Below are positions 52,642 to 63,724 of a stretch of 63,724 nt of DNA, piece after piece. Each line of letters begins with the position of its first letter. Positions within the stretch are counted from its first letter, which is position 1. The notes beneath the pieces were generated by a model. It was given only the letters and a program-made list of their open reading frames with translations, did not search any database and was not told the DNA's origin. The DNA is from Octopus bimaculoides (lineage: Eukaryota), in NCBI RefSeq assembly GCF_001194135.2, contig NC_068986.1, positions 13,233,647 to 13,297,370 on the forward strand, given 5' to 3'. Both the position numbers and the translations under genes were made by a program.

Positions 52642-53018
52642 GTACTTATGTACAAATAGAGGGATTGAGTTAAATGGATGCAGTACAGCACTGGTGAGAG
52701 GATACAAAAAGATGATACCCAAATCATTCAAAGGTTACAACCCTCAAATTCTTCAAGTCAATGAATGACATTTAAAAAAAAAATTAAAACAACAAATAAA
52801 TAACACTGAAGTGAACTTTTGAACAGTTACTGTGTTTGATGGCATAAAGGATGCACCCCAGTTTCAGCAGAGCATAGTCAAGAAAAATGAGCTAAAGGAA
52901 GGTCCAACCTTGCATATAAGACTTGTGGTAATTTTCCTTTTGTTTGTAACAACTTTTAGGCAAAAAGGGGCACCTTTTATGCCATCAAATATGGTCACAA
53001 CAATAAAACACATTTTAA

Positions 53019-53193
53019 CCCCTTTTGATGCCAACCGCCTCTGAATTAAAATCTTCCACTAAACCTTAGTCACAATTTATGTTCCTAACACTAGCTTAAT
53101 GATAAGTAAGTTATTTTACTAAATTCTTTGTTATATTTAAAATTAATTGACAGAAACATAGAGCATCTCAACAGAAATATGGTAATGAAAGGG
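53019..53193. mobile_element. piggyBac-type MITE
   Basis: TTAA|CCCCTTTTGAT...GAAAGGG|TTAA. Related copies at 18835-18975, 48315-48508, 48540-48760, ~21500-21672 and ~3300-3420. Confidence 0.75.
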
Positions 53194-53345
53194 TTAAAAA
53201 ATTTGATCTTTGATATGAGGCACCACATACTTGCCATCTTAATGCAATGATTCACACTGATCCTGAGGACCAGGACTTTGGAACAGGGTGGAGGGGGCAG
53301 GGTTTCAATGAAGCTACCTATGTGAGATGGTTGTCCCTAACTTAC

Positions 53346-53464
53346 CTCTGGTGTGAGTCCTGTAATGGCCAGCCACTTTAAACTAGGGTCAGCTTTGTAG
53401 CTGATGATTTCACTGAAGGTCAAACGATCATGCCGTTGGAAGACATTTTCTGGTGGAGAGTCAC
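53346..53464 (-). CDS. Clathrin terminal-domain-like gene, internal exon
   Basis: Acceptor ctcttctAG, donor AG/GTAAGT; 119 nt, phase 1->0. GDSPPENVFQRHDRLTFSEIISYKADPSLKWLAITGLTPE vs CHC [40 protein letters not shown] (16/40 identical by manual count against the recalled sequence). Confidence 0.92.
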
Positions 53465-53508
53465 CTAGAAGAGAAAGAGATAGAAATATAGATATTAGAC
53501 ACACACAG

Positions 53509-53539
<31 letters not shown>

Positions 53540-53598
53540 TATATAAAGAGAGGAAGTGATGCACATAAACACAATTAAGCTTGGTACATATATAGATA

Positions 53599-53646
<48 letters not shown>

Positions 53647-53903
53647 TACACATAGATATATATGTACAGATATACCCATATATAGAGAGAGAGGTACACA
53701 CATATATTCATGAAGATTATCAGCAGTTAGTCATTACAACTATGACTATTCATGGTTATGGCATGACTTAAGCTTTCTCCATACTGGTCGGTTTTTCACT
53801 TGAATCTGCCATTCATAAAGATAAACACACACACACGTGTATATGTATGTATGTGTATGTATATATATGTGTGTGTGTGTGTATATATACGTATGTGTAT
53901 GTT

Positions 53904-53939
<36 letters not shown>

Positions 53940-54390
53940 AATATATTTACATAGAGCATGAAAATACAAAATTCTAAGAGAATAGATAGTTTCTTAACAA
54001 CTGTTTCAAGAAATTAAGAGTTACAAAGTAATCGTAATGTTTATAATTAGCAGATGGAATGTACAAAAAAGACTTGGGTGTGCAACCAATAAAAATATAT
54101 ATATATATATTCATATATACACATCTNNNNNNNNNNNNNNNNNNNNNNNNNNNNNNNNNNNNNNNNNNNNNNNNNNNNNNNNNNNNNNNNNNNNNNNNNN
54201 NNNNNNNNNNNNNNNNNNNNNNNNNNNNNNNNNNNNNNNNNNNNNNNNNNNNNNNNNNNNNNNNNNNNNNNNNNNNNNNNNNNNNNNNNNNNNNNNNNNN
54301 NNNNNNNNNNNNNNNNNNNNNNNNNNNNNNNNNATATATATATATATATATATATAGTGAGAGAGAGAGAGTAGATATTTTATTTTATAG

Positions 54391-54409
54391 AAACAGTTGT
54401 ACAGTACCA
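54391..54409 (+). CDS. Candidate micro-exon of unidentified plus-strand gene
   Basis: attttattttatAG / (E)TVVQY / GTGAGC; phase-1 start matches 52641. Confidence 0.3.
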
Positions 54410-55194
54410 GTGAGCATGCATTTTCCAAATAATAAAAACGATAGAATCTTGTTTACAAACAAACTGAGACATGAGTTGTGTACATACAGACAGACAGACA
54501 GACACACACATTTTATATGTAACTAAAACTGACAGCTGGTCAGATATGACACAATCTAAACACCACACTTGTCATGCCTGATGGCATGTTTGGTAAAATT
54601 AGGGGTATTTTTGTTTTTATGAAAAATTCATTTTATACCAAATTTATAGTATGTGTATGTGTGTGTGTGTGTGTGTGTGCGCACGTGCATGTGTGCATGT
54701 GCAAGTAGAAAGAAAGGGAAAAGAGTAAGATTAAGGAAAACGAATAGACAGAAAGACAAATTAAACCAAAACAATATCTCAGAATCTTTCTAAATTTATT
54801 CCAATCCTGAAATCAAAAGAGGAAATCACTGTGATACTGCTACTACTACTACTACTGCTGTAACAACAGCTACTACTACTACTACTACTACCACTAACTG
54901 TGGTTCTCTGTCAGTTACGACAAGCAATCCAGTTGGTCTGATCAATGGAACAGCCTGCTCATGGAATTAACGTGCAAGTGGCTGAGTGCTCCACAGACAC
55001 ACGCGCCCTCGGTGTAGTTCTCGGGGAGATTCAACATGGCTCAGAATGCAACAAGGAGGCTGACTGGCCCTTTCAATTATAAGGCACGACTTGTCTTTTG
55101 CCAGCTGAGTGGACTGGACACAAACACGTTGCCGGGAATTGAATTCATGGCCTTATGATTGTGCGTTGAATATCCTAACCACTAAGCCACATGC

Positions 55195-55628
55195 CTTCAT
55201 TACTACTACCACCACCACTACTGTTACTACCATCACCATTACTACTACCACCACCACCACCACTACTACTACTACAACTACCACCACCACTACTACTATT
55301 ACTACCACCACCATTACTACTACTACTACAACTACCACCGTCACCACCACCACAGTTACTACTACTACTACTACTACTACTACTATCACCACCACCATTA
55401 CTACTACCACAACTACCACCACCATTACTGCTACTATTACCATCACCATTACTACTACCACCACCACCACCATTACTACTACTAATACCACCACCACCAC
55501 CATTACTACTACCACTACCATTACTACTACAACTACTACTACTATTATTACTACCACCACCGCCACCATCGCCATCACCACCACTACTACTACTACTACT
55601 ACTTGTACACCACTGCCATCATCATCCT
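55195..55628. repeat. (ACT/ACC)n trinucleotide tract
   Basis: Direct inspection; source of the poly-T/poly-V ORFs in the track. Confidence 0.95.
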
Positions 55629-55885
55629 CATAGTCCACTTTTCCATGATGTTTACATGGGTCACACAGAATTCATCGAGGCAGCTTTTTCTTACAGCCGG
55701 ATGTCCTTCTTGTCACCAATCTTCATTTGTTTCCAAAGTAATAGGCTCATAGCTGGGTATATATTCATGCAAGGGTGGACATATATTCATGCAACGGTGG
55801 ATATATATTCATGTACGATGGTGACATTTGTTTACAACTATCAGGTGATATCAAGACAAGGGGACACAAACATACAGATCTACAT

Positions 55886-55920
<35 letters not shown>

Positions 55921-57058
55921 CATACACACATAGATATACAATGAGCTTTTTGCAGTTTCCACCTAGCAAATTCATTTGCAAGGCTGCGATTAGCCAAGGG
56001 CTACAGCAAAAAGACAGCTGCTTGAAGCTCCATGCAGTGGGACAGAACCCAAAACCACATGCTTGTGCAGCAAGATTCGTAAGCGCACAGCTGTTCCTAT
56101 GGCTGTATATGTAAATATGAACATAAAACAGTAGAAAGACTTGAATGAAAGAATGAAGGAATGAAGGAATGAATGAAATAAATGAATGAGTGAATGAACG
56201 AACAAGTCAGTTTGGCAATGTCATGTTATATAAGTTGCGGGCCCTGTCAGGTTTATTATAGCAGTTTTACTGCAGAACCTCTGAGCAAATCAATATCATA
56301 GCATTTCTAATTGTCACGCTGAACAACTGGTCTTTGTCGTTTAGAATAACCAATGCTGAAAAAGCAAAGACAACAAGCTCCACCTAACTGTGTTAGTTGT
56401 AAATATGATTCTTTTATTGATTTCAATCACTGGACTGCAGCTATGCTGCGGTGCCAACTTTAAGGGCTTCAGTTAATCACAGTGACCCCATTGCTTATTT
56501 CAGCTGAGTGCACATTTTACCAATGTCTATTTATTGGATGGTCAAGTTAGCTTTCAGTGTAAAGGGATTTTAGGATGCCATATAGTTTTTTTTTTACACC
56601 AGTAGATATAGACATGCAATTGATTGCTTGTTTTTACAGTTATCTTTTCTTTGATAGCATGGGTTAGATGACTACTATGGAAGCATGGTTTTGCAGCCAG
56701 GTACCCTTCTTGTTAACTGTTTGATTCAAATGAGAGATTTCCTATTCTGTCTTTGAAGGTTCAAACCCATGCACAGCCTATTGATAAGGCAATAACACCA
56801 CAGCCCATAACTGCACAATTTTTCAGATTAATGCAAATGTAAACACACACACACACACGTATATATTTACTTACACACACAAATACATAGATCTTATTCT
56901 CCTTCTCACTCTTCTTTCTACTCTACAGCAAAACACCTATGTCTGTCCCCTCTATACCGTAAACCTCTCGGCTGGCACGAAGCTGCACCCCCCTCAATAC
57001 TATTCTCCATCTCCCAGTTGAGAGGATTTTGTCTTGCAAGGCACTTGATGGCCCTGTT

Positions 57059-57560
57059 GGTGCTGGTGCCATGTATAAAGTACTGGTACTGGTACCACAT
57101 AAAAAAGCACTGGTGCTGGTACCACATAAAAAGCACTGGTGGTGGTACCACATAGAAAGCACTGGTACTGGTACCACATAAAGAGCACTGGTGGTGGTAC
57201 CACATAAAAAAGCACTGGTGCTGGTACCACATAAAAAGCACTTGTGCTGGTACCACATAAAAAGCACTGGTGCTAGTACCACATAAAAAGCACTGGTGCT
57301 GGTACCACATAAAAAGCACTGGTGCTGGTACCACATAANNNNNNNNNNAGCACTGGTGCTGGTACCACATAAAAAGCACTGGTGCTAGTACCACATAAAA
57401 AGCACTGGTGCTAGTACCACATAAAAAGCACTGGTGCTGGTACCACATAAAAAGCACTGGTGCTGGTACCACATAAAAAATCACTGGTGCTGGTACCACA
57501 TAAAAAGCACTGGTGCTGGTACCACATAAAATGCACTGGTGCTGGTGCCATGTAAAAGGC
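57059..57560. repeat. 26-27 bp minisatellite (ATAAAAAGCACTGGTGCTGGTACCAC)n, roughly 18-19 units
   Basis: Direct inspection; head-to-tail units without spacers; 10-N gap at 57339-57348. Confidence 0.95.
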
Positions 57561-58482
57561 ACCCAGGCTGGTGGCACGTATGAAGCACCCATACTAGTGC
57601 CACAGCAGCCAATTTAAATGAATCTTGTCATTTTCCATCTTAATACTAATGAAGCGACTCGTTAACCTCAGTTTGTTTTCTATTTTATAAAACACTGCTT
57701 TGTTAATAGTTTAATTTCCATTTCATATTAATTAACCATCAATCAAAGTCACCACATTACTTGCAAACAATCCCTAAGTTAACTCAGTGCAGCTCGTTCT
57801 AATGAGAAGTGATGTGGCTGGTTGTCCTCAGGATATAACTGGTACTTATTTCTTTGATATCACAGAGATGAAAAGCAAAGCTGGCTTCCAACAGAACTTG
57901 AACTCAGAACATTCAGTTTCACCAGGATATCATTTCCTACAGTCTAGTGTTGCTACAACTTCACCATCTCTAACCCGACCCAATCAAATTTAATAATCAT
58001 TGATCTAAAACAATTTCAGATTTATTGATTTTTTTTCTCCCTCCTTTTTAAGTTCTTTTTCTCTTCTACTTTAAACGAGAATTTTATAATATACGACACT
58101 TTGATCTCAGCTAAAAAAAACTGAGAAGCGAGCTTTATCATATGAGAAATATAATTTGTTCTTTCTTTGTTGGTCACAATATAATGACATAACAGTTTCA
58201 TCAATGTCTACGAGGAAGAGACTGGTTATCTATGAACAATATATACTATCGATTGCACATACACAGCGAATGTGTTTTGTTTATATGCTAAATTTCCTGT
58301 GGGGTACCATCAAAAGAAAGCTCCCCACATGACGCTGAGTGCCAAATATGCCATCCTGCAGCAAATTTGGAATATAAATGAAACACATACACTAGGTATG
58401 TGCAACCAATCATGTTTACAAGAGCTGCTCTTAATTCGTAATTTAACATATATTACCTTTACTCCTGTATATGTTGCATTGT

Positions 58483-58830
58483 GGAGGCACATGAAGGTGC
58501 ATGGCTCAGTGGTTAGAGTGTCAAGCTTACGATTGTGAGGTTGTGAGTTCCAACCTCGGACCGAGCTGCGTGTTGTGTTCTTCAGCAAGACACTTTATTT
58601 CACATTGCTCCAGTTTACTCAACTGTAGAAATGAGTTGCGACGTCACAGGTGCCAAGCTGTATCGGCCCCTTTGCCTTTCCCTTGGTTAACACTGGTGGC
58701 GTGGAGAGGGGAGGCTGGTATGCATGGGCAACTGCTGGTCTTCCATAAACAACCTTGCCCAGACTTGTGCCTGGGAGGGTAACTTTCTAGGTGCAATCCC
58801 ATGGTCAGTCATGACCAAAGGGGGGTCTCA
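58483..58830 (+). mobile_element. tRNA-derived CORE-like SINE family D (and variants)
   Basis: TGGCTCAGTGGTTAGAG...GAGTTC..TCCCGG head, then TTGAGCAAGACACTTTATTTCAC.TTGCTCCAG..CACTCAGCTG core. Copies/variants at 18560-18672, 36975-37290-, 37860-38185, 42100-42410-, 44935-45170, 51050-51410, 54900-55200-. Confidence 0.85.
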
Positions 58831-59339
58831 GGAGGCACATGGATTAGTGATTAGGATGTTGCACTCATTACCATAAGATTGTGGTTTCAATTCCTGGACC
58901 AAGCAACATGTTGTGCTTTTGAGCAAAATACTTCATTTCTCGTTGTTCCAATCCACTCAGCTGGAAAAACTGAGTAATACTCCAATGGACAGGTGTTCCA
59001 TTCAGGTGGGGAGTATATACACCAAAGAATCTAGGAAACTGGCCTTATGGGCCCATGGTTTGGGAAGGACCTTTGATCCCTTTATTTTGATAAGCTGCAC
59101 TAATTTTTACTTGATCTCAACTGAAAAGACTGCAGGTGCAAGTTGTACATGGGGCAAAGCTAAAACAATAAAGGGAAAAAATTTTGTATCAAGGTTTAAC
59201 ACTAAATTAGGGGTGTGATTTGTAAATGAGAAGATAGGCACAGGTTGTGTGATTAAGAAGTTCACTTTGCAACTATGTGGTTTCAGGTTCAATCCAACTG
59301 CGTGGCACCTTGGGTAAGTGTCCTGTATGTGAAATATTT

Positions 59340-59815
59340 TTTCCCATGAGGATTCCGGATCCCAGTAATGAACTCATTTGCATACAGCCAATCAGAGCTC
59401 ACCCTGACTTTATTGTACACAAACAACTATACAGAGGCAGCCATGTGGATAACGAAGGTTCAGATCCATTCAGCTCTCAGATTATGCCCAGACACAAAGC
59501 CCAACATAACATTTGTGAATGTGTTAAAAACAACCAATCTGTTGGTAAAACACACTCTACCAAGTAAACTCAAGACAAGCAACAGTGTTGTAAGTCGACC
59601 GATCACCAAGTTACGCCTGAATTTAGAAGGAGACAAGTAATTAGATAGATTTGCATCTATAACTGTTATCGGATTTCCCAGATCTCCAAGCCCCTTCTCA
59701 TTCCTGATGTTATAGACCATGCCTCACTTCCGTACATTAACACAAGGTGGACATAACACTTCATATATGGATCTTGGTCTTGATGCTCAGAGCATGGTTT
59801 CTCATGATGTTATAG
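59340..59815 (-). mobile_element. RTE-clade LINE remnant (C-terminal RT region)
   Basis: Minus strand reads LSIKTKI.. CYVHLVLMYGSEAWSITSGMRRGLEIWEI, matching the RTE motif VLLYG.EAW.....R.LEA.EM; stops and frameshifts present. Confidence 0.6.
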
Positions 59816-60114
59816 AATTTTGAGAATGCAGAAGCAATTAAGCAATGCAAATTCAATTAAACAATTAATAATGATTTCAAATTTTTTCCACAAAGCAGCT
59901 TGGGGGGAGGGGATTAAGTTGATTCCATCGACTCCAGTGCATAACTGGTACTTATTTAATCAACTTCAAAAGGATAAAAAACTAAGTTGAGCTTGGCAGA
60001 ATTTGAACTCAGAATGTAGTGGCAGACAAAATACCGCTAAGCATTTTGCCCTGTGTGGTAACGATTCTGCCAGCTCGCCGCCTTAATTAAACAATTAATA
60101 ATAGCAATGCTCAC

Positions 60115-60267
60115 CTTGCCAGAGGTCCCAGTGGTAGACTGTGGAGTCTGTTATGATAGCAATGATGTCAGAGTTCACCCAAGTCCAGAAAATAACTCGT
60201 TCCAACATGTCTGTTTTACTGACCAAAACTTTGTTGCCGACATTAAATACTTCAAAACGAAGATTTG
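60115..60267 (-). CDS. Clathrin heavy chain terminal-domain-like gene, internal exon (blade 2-3 region)
   Basis: Acceptor tttcttcccAG, donor AG/GTGAGC; 153 nt, phase 1->1. Peptide NLRFEVFNVGNKVLVSKTDMLERVIFWTWVNSDIIAIITDSTVYHWDLWQ aligns by eye to CHC [49 protein letters not shown]. Confidence 0.9.
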
Positions 60268-61895
60268 CTGGGAAGAAAGAAAGAAAGAAAGCATGAAAAC
60301 TAAAAAAATTATAAAAAATTAAAAAAAGGTAAGATGACAAAAATAAGCTGCTTCCATTTTGACTGAATTTAAAAGCATCCTTGACTATAATGGTATACAG
60401 CAATGGTTCTCAACCATTATTGTTTTACCTGTGGAGCCCTTTCATTCCATCTTTCCTCAGGTGTTATTTTACTCATAGTCATTTGAAATTTCTAAAATCC
60501 TGTTATATTTCTATAATTAAATATTCTTTTCTACATTAGGCACAAGGCCCGAAATTTTTAGGGAGGGGGCCCAGTTGATTAGATCAAACCCAGTACGCAA
60601 CTGGTACTTAATTTATCGACCCCGAAAGGATGAAAGGCAAATTTGACTTCAGCGGAATTTGAACTCAGAACGTAAAGACAAACGTAATACTGCTAAGCAT
60701 TTTACCTGGCCTGCTAATGTTTCTGTCAGCTCCCACCGCCTTTCTATAATAAAATATTATTAGGAATTGTATAACGAAAAGTTGTGTATGGTAGAAATAT
60801 AACCAATATCTTTTATGTTTTACTTGTTTCAGTCATTTCACTGTGGCCATGCTGGGGCACTGCTTTGAAGAATTCTTTGTTGACTGAATCGACCCCCACT
60901 ATTTATTTTTTTTTTGTTTTTGCTTTTTAAGCCTGGTGCTTATTCTATCAGTTACAGGGGGGTAAAAACACCAACACCGGTTGTCAAGCAGTGGTGGTGG
61001 GTGTGTATGTGTTTTTGGGGGGAATTAAGACACAAAAACATACAAACAGATTTATTCTTTTACTCGTTTCAGTCATTTGGCTGCGGCTATACTGGAGCAC
61101 TGCCTTTAATCGAACAATTCGACCCCCAGGACTTATTCTTTGTAAGCCTAGTACTGATTCTATCGGCTTCTTTTGCTGAACCGCTAAGTTACGGCGATGT
61201 AAACACACCAACATCAGTTGTCAAGTGATGATTGGGGTGGGCAAACACAGACACACACATATATACGACGGGCTTCTTTCAGTTTCCATCTACCAAATCC
61301 ACTCACAAGGCTTTATTTGGCCCGAGGATATATTGAAAGACACATTCCCAAAGTANNNNNNNNNNAGGCTTTATTTGGCCCGAGGATATATTGAAAGACA
61401 CATTCCCAAAGTACCACATAGTGGGACTGAACCTGGAACCATGTGGTTGGGAAGCAAGCTACTTACCACACAACCACTCCTGTGCCTAGCAAGCTTCTTA
61501 CCGGGCTTCTTTCAGTTGCCATCTACCAAATTCACTCACAAAGCTTTGGTTGGCCCAGGGCTATAGTAGAAGACACTTGCCCAGTGGGACCAAACACAGA
61601 ACCACATGGTCGGGAAGCAAACTTCTTGACTATACAGCCACACTTGTGCCCTTATATACATGATGGGCTTCTTTCGATTTCTGTCTATCAAATTCACTCA
61701 TGAAGCTTTGGTCAGTTCGGGGCTATAGTAAAAGTCATTTCCATAAGATGCCATGGAGTGGGACTGAACTTGAAGCAACACAATATATATGTATGTATGT
61801 ACATATGTACATATATATATATATATGTATGTATGTATGTATATATGTATGTATATCTATATATATACATATATATATATATGTATGTATGTGTG

Positions 61896-61933
<38 letters not shown>

Positions 61934-63680
61934 CGTTACCAACGTCGCCTTCCTGGCATGTGAAAAGACATTCGAGCGAGATCGTTGCCAGTGCCGATGG
62001 ACTAGCTCCTGTGCAGGTGGCACGTAAAATACACCATTTTGAGTGTGGCCGTCGCCAGTACCCACCTGACTGGCCTTCATGCCGGTGGCACGTAAAAGCA
62101 GTCACTACACTCTCGGAGTGGTTGGCGTTAGGAAGGGCATCCAGCTGTAGAAACTCTGCCAAATCAGATTGGAGCCTGGTGTCGCCTCCTGGTCCACCAG
62201 TCCTCAGTCAATCGTCCAACCCATGCTAGCATGGAAAGCGGATGTTAAACGATGATGATGATGTATGTATGTATATATATATATATATATATATATAGTC
62301 GCATTAGTTTGATGTGGTTTATTAACGAAATCAAATCAATCTCAATTGGGTGGTTAAAATAAGGCAAGTGATACCCAGGTAAAATGTATTTAAACTAAAA
62401 AAACAGCCATTATTCTGTATCTACAACAGGTCAGACAACAGTCACAGAATAGTGATTTCCGATAATATATGGAATATCATAGAAATATCAATTTATGACT
62501 CAAAAAAAAAAAAGAAAAAAAATGTTGAGATTTCTCTACAGTAAAATTCACAGTATATCACCAGCACTAACACCACCACTGCCACCATCACCGATAACAT
62601 CATGTTTACAAAAGTACAAGCACCACCATTCCACCACCACCTCTAAAACTACCACCACAGTCAACTACTACCACTGATATTTCATCTACCAATACTACAA
62701 TCATCACCTTATATTATTACTAGCACCACCACTTCTAATACTACTACTACCACCACCACTCACATCGACTTCGAACTGTTGAAGGAACCTCTTAGTGGTC
62801 ATTTGACCTGCTAGAAATAACAGCCAAATTTTCCTCAAATTACACACCCACATTAGGAAAAAAGGACACATTGGGTATAATGTGGTCATGGCTGCAATGC
62901 CTTTTGATTATATAGCCGTTTGGTCAGAACAGAACAGGGGCTAAACAACGGCAACTCTTAAAGCCCCCCCCCCCTGCTCCTCTAACACCACTAATACAAC
63001 TAACTTTAACATGTTCGAGCAGCACCACCACCGCCACAGCTAACAGAACCACCAATGCTGCTACCGATTTCAACTGCAACTGCTTCCAAGACCAGAACAA
63101 TGACCCCCACCAACTCTAACACACTCCAAACAGCAATGCCTCAAACAGCCAGCAACAGCAACAACAACGCTAACATCACAACCATCATTACAACAACAAA
63201 ATACTTTAAACTAATAAACGAAAAGTTTGAGATTCTTAATATTTGCTCTCTCTCGCCCATTTACTCTCTCTCTCTCGTTCCCTCCCTCTTCGTCTCTCTC
63301 GCTTTCTATATTTCTGTATCCTTAACTGCATTAGAGAGATTTACATTATTGATTACAAGTGGAGAGTAACACAATAGAGGAGGAATGTTCTGACCACAAA
63401 GAAAAACTATCTGATGCAGAAACACGGCTATTTCAGGCAATATTTGTCTTTGATCTCTCTTTCTCTCTCTCTCTTTCTATGAAGGGCCAAGGGGTCTGAT
63501 ATGGAACTGTAGCGTTGGCTTGCACTTGTACAACTGCAGGGCAGGTAGAGAAGATTTCAAAGATTGCATAGGTTCTTGTTGCACGCACACACACACACAC
63601 ACCACATAGGTACATATGCACATACATGTGCGTTTGAGTATGTGCATCTGCATGTATGTATATGCATTGGTGTGTATCCA

Positions 63681-63724
<44 letters not shown>

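Noticed and set aside
55109-56114. Long poly-T/V/L ORFs, plus similar ORFs at 3942-4349, 6691-7007, 11990-12671 and 17609-18290
   Set aside because: Translations of microsatellites; open in several frames at once.
57059-57560. CRISPR-like array of palindromic ~26-bp repeats
   Set aside because: No unique spacers, no cas genes, eukaryotic context; plain minisatellite.
59376-59395. Octamer ATTTGCAT next to AGCCAATCAG, resembling a promoter
   Set aside because: Lies at the edge of an RTE remnant in an intron; no TATA or start context; plausible by chance.
63433-63687. Possible upstream clathrin exon
   Set aside because: No frame resembles CHC residues 1-83; the 5' exons are presumably outside the window.

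Overview
AT-rich, repeat-dense eukaryotic scaffold with many N gaps. The SINE families and microsatellite load suggest a coleoid cephalopod such as Octopus (inference). (1) A minus-strand spliced gene has six exons in the window (60267->36438; 5' exons lie beyond the right edge). It encodes a highly divergent clathrin heavy chain N-terminal beta-propeller, then a low-complexity N/T/S/acidic tail and a stop; no leg or trimerisation exons were found downstream. (2) A probable second, unidentified multi-exon gene on the plus strand has small exons interleaved with the clathrin-like exons. (3) A Penelope-like element 3' end (GIY-YIG C-terminus) is followed by a tRNA-like Pol III cassette, a triplet microsatellite and a minimal hammerhead ribozyme; the same cassette recurs as an inverted+direct insertion inside a 12-bp direct repeat at 52.1-52.5 kb. 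(4) The rest is decayed CR1, Penelope RT, RTE and R4/Dong fragments, mariner/hAT/piggyBac MITEs, a 28S rRNA fragment, at least four SINE families, and micro/minisatellites. All homology calls are manual pattern recognition against remembered sequences; no searches were run. Repeat boundaries are approximate.
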